Made by a program: the position numbers and the translations under genes. This document shows positions 50,313 to 62,561 of a stretch of 64,000 nucleotides of DNA, one piece after another. Numbering within the stretch: the first letter of the stretch is position 1; every line of letters begins with the position of its first letter. This DNA is from Thalia democratica. Taxonomy: Eukaryota. The DNA lies in NCBI GenBank assembly GCA_965202585.1, contig OZ241830.1, forward strand, positions 26,288,001-26,352,000, in the 5' to 3' direction. Below the pieces are notes generated by a model, which searched no databases, was not told the DNA's origin, and worked only from the letters and a program-made list of their open reading frames with translations.

Positions 50313-51714
50313 ATGAAAAATTTTTTAGTTAGTTTCAAGTTTTTACATTTAACATTTAAAAATAAGTTTACATAACTATAATTTATTTTCTTAGCGTTTT
50401 CTTGATCTAAGTTTATTAGTCACAGAGATTATTTTTAATTTTTAGTGTATTAGTTTATTGAAAAAACGAAGCATACGAAAAATTACTAGAAAATTTTTGA
50501 TTTAAGGACCTGGGTACACAAAAAGACCTCTCGGTCATCGAGTTGCATACCCAACTTTTATAAGTCATTGTTAGAAAACTTTAAAAAATTAAAATACATA
50601 AACGTTTAAAATTATAGAATTAAATTATAGAATACAGCTGTACGTACTTTTGTTGTGTTGAAGTTATAAACTGTAAACGTGTATTACGTTTATCAAACTA
50701 AAATATGCCTCAATTCTACCGTTAATTTTTAAGTTTATTTACAAATAAACAAACATTTTTACACATTAGATTCTAACAATTTGCATTGGGGGGTTACTTG
50801 TGAGCGGAAATGTGGTGAAAAGATCCGAAGATTATGAATATTACGACTCCGATTACTACGCATCTGATGGGGAACCTGCTGAGGAAGATTTGTTTGTTAA
50901 AACGACCAAAAGTGGTGTTGATGCTTTGATATTTGGTTACAAAGAAAAATTTGACGTGAAGTCGAAGTTTATCAACACACTTTTACTTGCACAAGAATAT
51001 AAGTTAGCAACTTATATTTATATAACTAAAACAAACTAATTATTATGTTTTATTCAAAGCTTATAAAAACTATATTTTCTGAAAAAAAAAAACTCTGAAT
51101 AAAACCTGTTGTACTTCAATTTTATTTTTTTACAAAAATTAATTATTCTATTTTAGAATAGTTTACTAAGTTATTCAGTTGATAATTTTTTAAAATGTCA
51201 ATTTTAGTGTTAACATTTAAATAGTATTAGCTTAAAAGTAGCTAAATTTTGTATAATTCATTTCTTATATCGTACAAAAAACTTGTCACATTATTTTTCG
51301 AAAACAGTAATACAGCTATTATTTAATTTTTATTAAAAAAAACTTTAAACGCAAAAAATTAAATTTTTTATTTTAACCGTTCTAAATAACTACTTTATTA
51401 AGTTTAATTTCGAAAGCGGAGCAAGAGTTAGCGAGCAATGGACCACAGTTGAAAACAACTGCACTTTCTCCCCACTGAAAACCCCCACTACGAAATTCGT
51501 TAACATCTTCGAAGAGGGGATCATGACGTGTCACGATGACGTAAGCGGTGACGACGTCACAATAGAGTACAAGCAGTGCACGACGGAAGGCGCAGATTTT
51601 TGTGTGGCGATGGGAGAACAATTGGCGGTGGGTTTCGAAAAAATCATACTTCCTTTTTCACAGCTGGCAGATTACTTCATCGTTCCCAACTGCTGCACGT
51701 GCTACAAGAGTTAA
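50313..51714 (+). CDS. Secreted Spaetzle/neurotrophin-like cystine-knot protein (170 aa)
   Basis: Exons 50313-50327 (MKNFL, lower confidence), 50770-50955 and 51403-51714, all phase 0. Signal peptide MKNFLILTICIGGLLVSG, KR site, acidic Tyr-rich pro-region, then 7 Cys ending VTIEYKQC...DYFIVPNCCTCYKS, resembling the Spaetzle-family D-x-F-x-x-P-x-C-C-x-C terminus. Confidence 0.75.
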
Positions 51715-52097
51715 AACTATTTTGTTGACAATCATAATGTCAACTGTTTTATTCTAACTTATTTGAACTTAAGAAGCTTTTCTACAGCATATCCAGTAAA
51801 CTTTGTCGTTTAGTTGCCAAATAAACTAGTTATGTAAAACTTGAAAAGAACAATTATAAATCTATTTAAATTTTCAAACTTCAGCACACAACATAATCTT
51901 ATTTTGTCGTCACTCGATTGAAATATTTCAAGTTTGATCGATTTGAGTATCTTGAAATTAAAGTAAAAATTAATTTCAAATCCTTGAAAGTTCTTTGCTT
52001 AACGAGAGAATTTTATGTAGAAAATTAAAGTCTTAAACTGTTATTTTTACCAGTTAGATAACATGACATTCAAGGTTTCATCTTTTATACTGTACAG

Positions 52098-52400
52098 CAG
52101 CGGTTCTTAACCTTTTCATCATGTTTTACCTTTTTGGAAGATTATTACCAAATTTACCCCTTTTTGGAAGGTAGTTACTAAAGTCAATCCAAGTATACAA
52201 AACAGTGCTTAATTTTGAAGAAAAAAATGTGATTTTTTGAAGTCTAAGCTTATTAAATAGAAATAATGATAAAATAAAAATAATTTATTCAACCTAAAAC
52301 AACACAGTGAAAAACTAACTTATACATTTAAAAGGCAATTAGTAATCATTAACTTACATAACTTGTAATAAAGAAAATTTACCCAGGTTAAGATTCGCTG
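52098..52400. mobile_element. hAT-type MITE (303 bp)
   Basis: TIRs CAGCGGTTCTTAACCT / AGGTTAAGATTCGCTG; 8-bp TSD CTGTACAG (52090-52097) and CTGTACAT (52401-52408). Confidence 0.85.
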
Positions 52401-55013
52401 CTGTACATCATAATTGTTATATATGTTTTAACTAAGTTAAAAAGAAAAAAAAAACTAAATAATTTAAATCGATTCGTTTCGATATAGTTTTTTTGATAAT
52501 TATAAAACTTTTATGACGTTTGTAAAAACTTTTTTTTTTTGAAACCAGCATATTGCATTTTAAATAAAACATTTTGATAAAAATATTCGGACAAGGTAAA
52601 AATGGAAATTATTTTTATTTGAATATAAAATGTTATTAATGTAACTTTAAATGAGAATATATGGTAATAACTGATCAACGAAATCAAAATATCTAACAAA
52701 GTATTGCAACTTAAGTATAAAAAAGTTTTAAAGAGAAGTATGAAACAAAAATATTCAAAAAAAAAAATAATTTAAAGAAAACTATTTGCTATTTTAAAAA
52801 TAATACTTTAGTTTTCCCTTTTTAATTCAATTTTTATGAAATATTATAAATAGATAAGTATAAATATATAAGTTAGTGATATTTATTTTTTTTAACCAGT
52901 ATTTAATTTTCTTATTTGTTTTATTAGTGTTGAAACATGGTAAGGTTTAACCGACTTGGAAAAAAAAGTTTTACGACTCGCTTTATATTAGCCTAAAAAT
53001 AGCACATTTTAAACTCTTAAAGTTTTTTATTTGTCCTATCTAAGATGCTTTTTGCTATTTTAGCAAAGAAGTGAATATTTAAAAAGGTTAAAAGTTTTGT
53101 TGAATTATTTGTTAATTAAAATCTTTTTGAAACACTTAATGAGCAACAAGTTTAGTTAGGTTAATGTTTAATCAATATTACATCAATGGGAAATCTTATT
53201 AACTTTTTCAATTTTAGCGAAGTAGCTTAAACGAAAAACAGTTATTTGCTTAAAATAAAGACTCCTAACAGTACTAAGTCAACAAAATTTAAGTATTTTG
53301 TTTGTTTTTATACTCTATATATAGTCTATGATGAGAATTTTCTTAAAAAAACAATCAGTTTTTTCTCGTTGCTTATTTTTTGCTAAATTCTTTATTTTAA
53401 ACTAAAAGATAACCAGCTAAAGTAGAAAACATTAAAATAAATACGTGAACTGTTTGAAAAAAAAAATATTAAAATCATTAAATCTATCGTATTCAATTAG
53501 CATTAATTTTTGTGTAATTAAAAAACGATATGTTTAAAATTTTCAGCTTTAAAAAGCATTCAGTTAATTTTTAATCAAACCAACATATTTTTCTAACATT
53601 TGGTAGTTGAGTAGAAATAGTTTTCTCGTTAAACTAAGTTTTATTACTTTTCCTACACTTTCAAAAATAATTGTTAATGTTAGTTGAATATAAAATAATT
53701 TATTTAAGGAACAAATAACTTGGTAGTTAATATAATTAGTTTAATGTAAGTTTAACTGGAATTAAGTTGTATCTTTTGAGTTTTAAATTGCGCAATTTTA
53801 AAGAACACACTACTTATTTTACTTAAGTACATAGTAATATTATACGTTATTCACATTAAGTTTATAAACAATTATACCTAATAGTACAATTTCTTTGACT
53901 ATTTTTTTGAAAAACTTTCAATAAAACTTCTTTCTTTTTTTATTAATTAAAATAACTGTTCTATTCTAAAGACTTCTTTAAACTTTAGACTTTACAAAAT
54001 GTTTTAAAAGATACAAATTTTATAAAAAGTAATGCAGTTTATTAAATAGTTTTATGCATGTTTACTACACTACTATAATATTAACATTGAAGTTAAACAT
54101 TTCTTTTAAAGTACTTTTCGAATCCAAATTAATGTCAAATGTGCTGTTAAGAAAAACTATTTAGACCTTGTTTATTTGTAAAAACTATTAATATGAAATT
54201 TGTCATTTTAAGTAATCTAAGTAGTATTTTAAATTAAGATATCATAGTTTAGTGTACAATTATCTATAACACCAATTAACTAAAAAAACTAGAACAAAAC
54301 ACTTATTAGTTACTATTGTAGTAAATTATTACAAAGTTAAGGATGTTAAGACGAGTAAAAATGCTTAATTTTGAAGAAAAAGCAAAAATTAAATATAAAT
54401 TAATGCATTTGATAACAAATTATTAATTTAAAAGTATTTTTATTTGTAAATAGTTAATTTAAACAAAAATTGTTTTTTGTTTTTAATCGCCTTATTATTT
54501 AAAAGATAAAAACTATTGAAAAAAATTGTTTTATCTTTTTTGTTCGAGTTTGTTCTATTCCAGCTATAAGTCTAAAACTTTTTTATCTAGTTTTATAAGT
54601 AGGTAATCAAACTGAAACTTTACTTATCTTTTATAATAGCAAACCCTTAACTAATTTGTTATAAACGATAAAGAAAAAATATAAGCTTGTAGAAAATTTT
54701 AACGAATATTTCGTAAAGAAATCATTCCTTGAAAGGGAAACATACTCAATCCGTTTTAAAGATGTATCTAATTAGTCTTTGTTTAAAATTAGACATAAAT
54801 ATAAATTTTTAACTGCATATAAAATAAAACAAATTCTTTTGTCTTATATGTTAAGTCTTTAAACTTTTAAAACAAACTTCACTGACAGGAAAGAATTAAA
54901 AATCGATTGCCTATTCATAGGTAGAAGTATTCAAATTACTTTCGATTAAAGTATATAAAAAGTGGAAAACTTTTCAATTACGCCAAATTCTTTTTGTTCT
55001 AAACTGCTACAAA

Positions 55014-55472
55014 ATGAAGTATCTAGTTGTGTTTTTAGCTTTTCTCGTTTATTCTACATGCAACTGTACAGTACAGAAGTGCTACAGTTACGAAACCAAC
55101 GACCCGAGATTCAACAAATCCGATCCCAAAATTGAAACTTGCACGCCTCCTTGGAACGCTTTCTGCGCATCGGCGACCCACAAAAACGGCGAAGTTCCCA
55201 ACGAGACGTGTGAAGATGATGAGTATTGCACGGAACTCGGTTGTGTTGGTGATAAGTACTGCAAAGAACCGGGAACCTATGAACACGATTACCCGGGTTT
55301 GAGAAACGTGAGGTTCAGTATGACTTGCTGCAACACGAATTTATGCATTAACTTTGAAAAAGAATCGGAAACGTTGAACAGCGAAACTTCCAGCGCAGCA
55401 CAGCCTTCTAACAAAATTTGTTTTCATTTGTTGTTTTCCACTTTATTTTTAGTTTTCTTCATGCTTTATTAA
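55014..55472 (+). CDS. Intronless Ly6/uPAR (three-finger) domain protein with signal peptide and predicted GPI-anchor signal, 152 aa
   Basis: Single ORF; signal peptide MKYLVVFLAFLVYSTCNC; 10 Cys in the mature domain ending CCNTNLCIN; S/A-rich omega region, then hydrophobic tail ICFHLLFSTLFLVFFMLY with no cytoplasmic residues. Confidence 0.88.
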   Translation: MKYLVVFLAFLVYSTCNCTVQKCYSYETNDPRFNKSDPKIETCTPPWNAFCASATHKNGEVPNETCEDDEYCTELGCVGDKYCKEPGTYEHDYPGLRNVRFSMTCCNTNLCINFEKESETLNSETSSAAQPSNKICFHLLFSTLFLVFFMLY

Positions 55473-57935
55473 CTCCTAAAGTTTAAAAAAAAAAAGCTTA
55501 AACTTACTTTTGATGAAAATTAAAAAAAATAGCTTGTTTAAAAATATAAACTAAAGTGACAAATTTTATTTTTATTGTAGTTAAAAACTTCAAAATGTAT
55601 TTACTTTATAAACCACACTAGATTTTTAGCAAGTATGTTTGTATATAAAAAAAAATTAAAATATTCAAATGTAAAGTTTAAGCTCAAAAATATTTAGTTT
55701 GGTTGTGTGATTTAAAATAACAATGTCTAAATGAACAAAGTTTGTTGATTAATACAAAAAAAAATCAAATGCTACTTTTAACTACAATATCCAAGGGTTA
55801 AAGAGGAATACGAATAAATTCAAATTTTTTGCTTGTTTATATATAAAAAGTTTTTGTTTACTTAAAAAAAATTATAAAACTAAAAACTAAGCTTTTTTTT
55901 AAGTTGTGCAGTTTATATTCTATTAAAATATTTCCATATGTTATTAAATCTACTTGAAAAATATTGTTTTAATAGCATTTAGTATGGTTTGAAAAAACAT
56001 TATAAATTCAGTTTATACAAAATAGTTTGTTGTAAACACTAAATTTAGTTCTATTTAAACACTTGAAGTATTCAATATTTTTCAATATATAATAATACCA
56101 CTAGCCCTAATAATTTGATTTATTTAATATTAATCACTAAGTAAAACACCATTTATGCTTATCAAATACATTTTTGACGACAATAAAAAATTACAAAGCT
56201 AATTATATTTATCAGTCATTTATTTTTAATTTTTTCTATTAGTTAACTTAGTTAAATATATTACGTATATAATTGTACTAAATCAAATAAACAAATATAA
56301 CTCAAACTAAATACGTGATCAAAAACACTATTCGCTAATAAAGGTAATATAAAGCAATTACTTGTCAATTGACACTGTTGCGTAAAATAAAATCGTAATA
56401 CTTGGAGTAAAATTTACTCAGTAGAATTTTTGGTTGATTTATGTGTCTATTTAAAATTTGGTTTTATCTTAACTTTACACTTAAGTATTGAGTTCTACTG
56501 TATGTTATCAAAAAAACTTGTATATAGTATAAAAATTTGTAAAGATAGTTTTAAATGTATAAAAAATTTTGTCGTTTTGTTAGTCTCTTAAAATCAGGGG
56601 ATTTAATTATTTGAAAGTAAAATGTTAATTTGAATAATACATATTGAAAATATAAAAACTATGTTTTTTTTTTACTATAAATAAGTGTTTTGTCTTACAT
56701 GTAGTGTTTAAAACTATACTTAACTTTATAAAGTGTTTAGTTATAATTTAAATAAAAATTTTATTTTCGTAACTTGTGTTTAGATTTCAATTCAAAAACA
56801 ATAACTAAAATACAACGCTTAAAATCACAAGATTTTGAGATTTAACAATCCTATGAATTGTTTATTGCCATAACTAAAATATATCTAATTAAGTTATTTT
56901 TGTCAAAAGACTTAGAAATTTTAGCAGTTTTTTTTTGAATTTTCATATAAAACACTAAGTGTTTGTCCATTACAAATTAACACTTATTTTAAATCACAAT
57001 ATTAAAATAAATGTTTAGTTTACAAAATCTTACATTTAATTGGCATCATAAAACCTTTTAAGTTTAAGCATGCTCATAAAACGTTTTTCTCTGTATGACA
57101 AAAATCCTAAACTAGTTTTTAATGAGACGATTATAGTAATCAACATTTCCGTTGAACATAAGCTACGATTTATTTTCGCTTATTAGCTAAAATTCATTTT
57201 AAATGCTCAAACGTGTTTTGGTAAACTCACTGAAATAATTTAGTAATACATGACTGTATTTAAACTTCAGAGAAAATTATGAGTAGAGATGCTGCATCTT
57301 GTGGACGTATAGGTTTACTAGGAACACATTTTTACTCGTGTATGTATAACAAGCACATAAATATACAGTTTATACTGTAAACTTAACTTAATGGAAATTT
57401 TCTTTTTGACTTCGACTTATAAAGAATCTTTTTTTCTTTATACGTAAAGTTATAGGTATGTAAATTAGATTTTTCAAAGTTATATAAAACATAAAGGCGC
57501 GAAATACTAATTAAAAGTATAGTATAAAAGTTTACATTGTAAATTTAAAGCTGAAATTTCAATATCTTTACATTAACAACTACTAAGAATAAAGTGAAGA
57601 ATTTATGATATTTTTATTTGTGTTACATTCTTGATTGGAAACTTTTTTTAAAGATTTCAGTACCTATAAAAACCTTGTCAAAGTAGTTTAGCAAAGTACA
57701 AAGTGTAAGTTGAGACTCTATCTCGGGCACTTTAGTGTAACAAACGGAAACTGCTAATCAAATTTAGTTTGCAAGGTGTGAATACAGTAGTTCTTTATTT
57801 AAAACGTTGATAATTTTATTAATTTAACATAAAATAGTTTAATTAGTAACACAATTTAGATGATTTTCAAAGGTTGATCATTATTTTCTTTCACAATTAG
57901 TTAAACCATTTGGAAACGGTAAGGTGTAGTGATAA

Positions 57936-58625
57936 TTTTTTTTTTTTTTTTAGCTCGTTTTAACTTGTAGTTGAGTCTGATAATTTAATTTTGAACTTAG
58001 CATTGGGATTATTCTTAATTTTTTTATTGCTTTTATTAAATGCTAGCGCTGTTTTATCGTTTGCATGATTATTTAAATCTTGATAAAATGAATTGTAATT
58101 TATAATTTTGATTTTATATAAACTGATAATTTTACGTTCCGATTGATAAATTCATGAAACTTTTAAATGAGACTTTGATTTAAGTAACTAAGTTTGTTTT
58201 CCTTGGTAAAATACATATGAAAAAATAAGTATTCTTTTAACTAAATTGACTGAATTAGAAATTATTCTTCTTGCTGTAATGACAGTTTTTAAAAATTAAA
58301 ATTAGTTAGTAAGTAAATAAACTTTTGCAGAAAATGTGTTTAAACATTGGTTGTTTAGCTTTAATTATAAAGAAATTAAATTGATATTGTTATTTAAAAA
58401 CAAATTTATTGAGTTTTTAATAGTTTTTAAACTTTTAATTTTAAATTTAAAGCTAAATTTCATATTAACATCCAAATTTACGCCAATTGGTTGTTGTACG
58501 ACTATTTATTGACTATTATATTTTGTTGAGATAGCCTGAAAAAACATTAATGCAAATCTTTAACTATTTGTATTTAATTCGCTTATTTCAAACTTAGTTA
58601 TGTTAACTTTACATTCTGAATAAGG
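57936..58625 (-). pseudogene. Decayed ORF of about 220 codons followed by an A16 tract (retroposed or TE-derived relic)
   Basis: One minus-strand frame reads PYSECKVNITKFEISELN...QQPIGVNLDVNMKF...TARRIISNSVNLVKR...NHANDKTALAFNKSNKKIKNNPNAKF...STTS stop, with 7 internal stops by my count; T16 at 57936-57951 lies 8 nt after the final stop. Confidence 0.35.
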
Positions 58626-58770
58626 AAACTAAAATTCGTTAGTGAAATTGAAAATACTTTTTAAAGTTTTGAACATTATAAATTCATTTTCTAAAAACTT
58701 TTCACAATGCTAATATATATTCTTCAATTTAATTTTAACTAACTTTCTATAAATGTTTGTATATTAGTAG

Positions 58771-58802
58771 ACTAGGCTATCTTTTTATTAAGATAGCCTA
58801 GT
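58771..58802. repeat. Perfect 13-bp-stem hairpin
   Basis: ACTAGGCTATCTT-TTTATT-AAGATAGCCTAGT. Confidence 0.85.
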
Positions 58803-60524
58803 AACTAAAGCCGATTAGCCGTGTTTTATAAAAGTAAAATATTATAAGTTCGTTTTTTTTAAAAGTAACAAAAAAAAACCAAAACCTTTATTGTGCTATA
58901 AAAAGACTGATGTTTTGATGTTTACAAAAGCTTATACTTATATATATATCTTTTTAAAGTAAACCCTTTAAAGTTGTAAAACTCAAATAGTTATGAAATT
59001 GAAAACTACTTTTTATACAACTTAAATCTCAACGCAGATTACTAATTAATCTTTATTATTGAAACAGTGCATTTTTTAAATTTAATACCTGTATAATATA
59101 AATTCACATCGTTATAAAATATAAGATTAACTTAATTGATTTTCACCATTGTTCTTACTATAGATTAATGAAAAAAATGTATAAACAGTGATAATTATCT
59201 AATTGAATCAGATTTGCACTTACAAAAGTAGGATTAGTCTTAAACTTCATTAAACTTTAAAGTTTAAGGTAAATGTAATAAATAGTTAGTTACATTTTAG
59301 TTTAGATTTATGATGAAGTGTTTTAGGACATTTTTAGCCTTTTTAAATATTTCTTTACCTATATTCTACAAAAATAACATTCAATTTGAATAAAAGTAGA
59401 AATTTTTTAGGATTTTTTTTACAACATTGATTCTATTTTGTTATTGTCATTATTAATATAGTTTAAAACCAATCTTCATTAATCATTGTAAAAATTTAAT
59501 TTGTAGACTAGATAATATTTTGATCTGAACACTACAATGCTTAATGTTTTTATACTCATTCGCAGCGAAAGATGAGAAGTATTTAGTTTAACTAGTTTTA
59601 AGATGAAGTGTTATTGTACAAAAGTACTTTATTAACTGACTCCGTTTTGTTGCTCATAAGTACTTCTTAAAGTAGTTTTCAAAGATTAGGGTAAAAAAAA
59701 GACTAGTAAGTTTTAGAATTTGTATCTTAGATTTAACAATTCGAAAATAGCTTCTATTCTTTCCTTACAGTATTTATTTATTCTATGACTAGGTACTAAA
59801 GTAAGCTATGCATAGTTATCTATCAGGTTAGTTTCTTACATAGCTATGTTTTCTTAAATTAAAATTTATAAAGACAAAAAATATTTTCTACAACATATGC
59901 TTTATGTTTTAAAGAAGTTGAACTCGTTTTCAAACCTCCTTGTTTATTTCTTTTCTAAACAAACAGAGCTTTACAATTACAATTGTAATTTTTTAACCTT
60001 TTTCTCGTGTAAGTAACAAAAGTTACTAGGTAATCATAACGTTTACCTGTTTAATTTTTAGTAAATATTTTTGTCTAACAACTGCGAAACACACCGCAAG
60101 TAACAATTAAATTATGAGACTATTGACCCTATCACAACTTAAAGTAAATTATAAAAAACTTGTATGATTGTACCCTTTAATTAACTAAGCAGTTATCTAG
60201 AAATACAGTCATTTGAATAGTCATATGTGTATGGGATTAAGAGCTAATTGGAAACAACAAAAAATTGAGATTTTGAATTAAAAATAAACTTTTTTTGTTC
60301 AATTTAATTTTTAGCTTTATTGTAAGTATAAAAAGTAATTTCTATAGAGAAAATATTTTTTTATTATATTTGAAAACTACAAAAGTATTTAAACTAAATA
60401 AGTAAATTTATTACTAAATAAACCAATAAACATATCGTTATTATCAAAAAACATAATTTTTTTTTGTTTAGAAGAATGAAATAAAGATCGAAATAAAGAA
60501 TTGTTTGACATGATGATCCTTTAA

Positions 60525-61226
60525 TTTGCACGAGCGTACAAAGTTGCACGAGGGGACAAAATTGCACAAGGTCACAAAATAGCATGAACACACTTTTGCA
60601 CGAAGGGTAACTTTTGCACGGGCAGACAATTTTGCACGGAGGTATTTAAAAAAAAACTTAACAATATTTTTTTTTAATTATTTAAATTTTTTTATTATCT
60701 ATCACTGTTACTCCTAAACCTTACCCTCGGTCAGTACTTAGAAATTTTTTTATTAATATTTTTTTTTTACTTTTACTGTTACCCCTAACTTTTACCCTCG
60801 GTCGGTAGTTTTTTTTCTTTTTAATTAACATTTATATATTCATTCTTTTTTTTTTATATAAAAAATTGTTAGCTGTTTTTTAATTTTTTTTACTACCACT
60901 ATTACCCCTAACCCTTTCTCTCGGTCTCCAACTTTTTATTTTTTAGTTTATTTTTCTGTTTTGTATATAATTTTTTTTACTCTCGTGCAAAAATGACCGT
61001 CCGTGCAAAACTGTAACTCGTGCAAAATTGACTCTTGGTACAAAATTGTCTTCGAGCAATTTTGTCCCTTCGTGTAAATTTGTCTTCGTGCAAAAGTATC
61101 ATTGTGCAATTTTGTGCCCTCGTGTAATTTAGTCTTCGTGCAATTTAGTCCCCTCGTGCAATAAAGTAGCCTCGTGAAATTTTATCTTCGTGCAATTTTG
61201 TCTTCGTCCAATTTAGTCCTGTTCCC
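60525..61226. mobile_element. Foldback MITE with inverted arrays of about 17-18-bp TTGCACGA / TCGTGCAA units
   Basis: About 7 TTGCACGA units (60525-60645), three central CCCTAAC...CCCTCGGTC repeats (about 60710-60930), about 14 TCGTGCAA units (60980-61220), terminus CCTGTTCCC. Confidence 0.8.
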
Positions 61227-62561
61227 ACTTAAAATTTAAATTAACTTGTTCGTTTTATCAATAGATTTCTTACCTCAAAAGTCTAATATAAACAAAATAA
61301 AAAGTTACTAAAAGTCTTAATAAAGTTTAATAAATAATACAAAACTATAATTCTATAACAGAAAATTGTTTTGATAAGTAAGTTGATAACATCATGCTAA
61401 AACAATGATCCAATAAAACAAACTTACCGTCGTTTTATTTATCATCGTATTTTTCATTAATTAAGTTAAGTGAAAAGAAGTACAAACAGCAGAATATATG
61501 TCTTGCCCTAAAGCAAGTCAGTTCATATAACATTTTAATATGAGATGTTATGACTTTTATAGTAGTATTCTGTTAATATAAAAAACACTGTACATATACA
61601 TTCAGCTTTCTAATAATGTGTTAAATTTTTGATAATAAATTTTTTTCAATATTTCTGATGCAGTAAATGACTTTTCTAGGTAACAATTTGTACCGAACAA
61701 GGTAAATATAAAACAAGTTTAATTTTTATATATATTACTAGTGTAACTAAACACACCAATTTAACCTTTTTTCAAAATTTAATTTTTTAAACATTGAAAA
61801 TTTGTATATAATATGTAAGAAATTGTTAAAAGTGTGAAAGTAGTTATTTGCGAAAAGTTTTTAAATTTTAATTTCTACTTGCACTTATTAATATTGAATT
61901 AAAAATAAAATAATTGTGTTTTTTAGGTATAAATAAAGGTTAGAAAAAATCATTTAGTTTTAGTTATTACAAAGATAAAATATATTGTCAAAAGTTTTAC
62001 AACAGCTAGATAATAATTTATATAAAAGTTTTAAACAAATTATATTTTACTAGGCAAGTTAAAGCTTAACTTAAAATCTACTAACATTAGATTTCTATCA
62101 TAACGCTGATTAAAAAACACTAAAGACTGAAAAAATATTTCTGTATTAATCTTTATGTTTTGTCAACACTTCAAGACATAGGAGTAACTTAATTTAATTA
62201 TTAAATCAGATTATAGTTTACAAAAAGTTTGTTATAACTATTCAGCTTGTTAGTTTAACATAAATAAATTAAATAGTTTTTAGGAAAAAACTAGAACAAG
62301 TTGAAACTTGGTTTAACTAATTCGCTTTAAATTGTGAACGCTAGTACTTACATCTATTTCAGAGTATAATTTAATTCTAAAATTATTGTACCGATAAGTT
62401 CATTTAGTAATTAAAATAAACGATTTTTTTTATCTCCTATCACTATAGCTGTATTTATGTTTATGACCTTATTTGTTATTTTAGCAGTTCTTTTTTTTAT
62501 ACACTGCTTATTACTTAGGTACCTACTTTTTTAGTTTGTTTTTAATTATTTCTTTGTACTA

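Noticed and set aside
51382-55286. Minus-strand ORFs 51382-51621 and 55035-55286
   Set aside because: Antisense shadows of the Spaetzle-like and Ly6 coding exons.
60980-61220. 17-bp periodic array as CRISPR or coding repeat
   Set aside because: It is the arm of an inverted-array MITE; no spacers and no coding signal. ORF 60394-60591 is a by-product.
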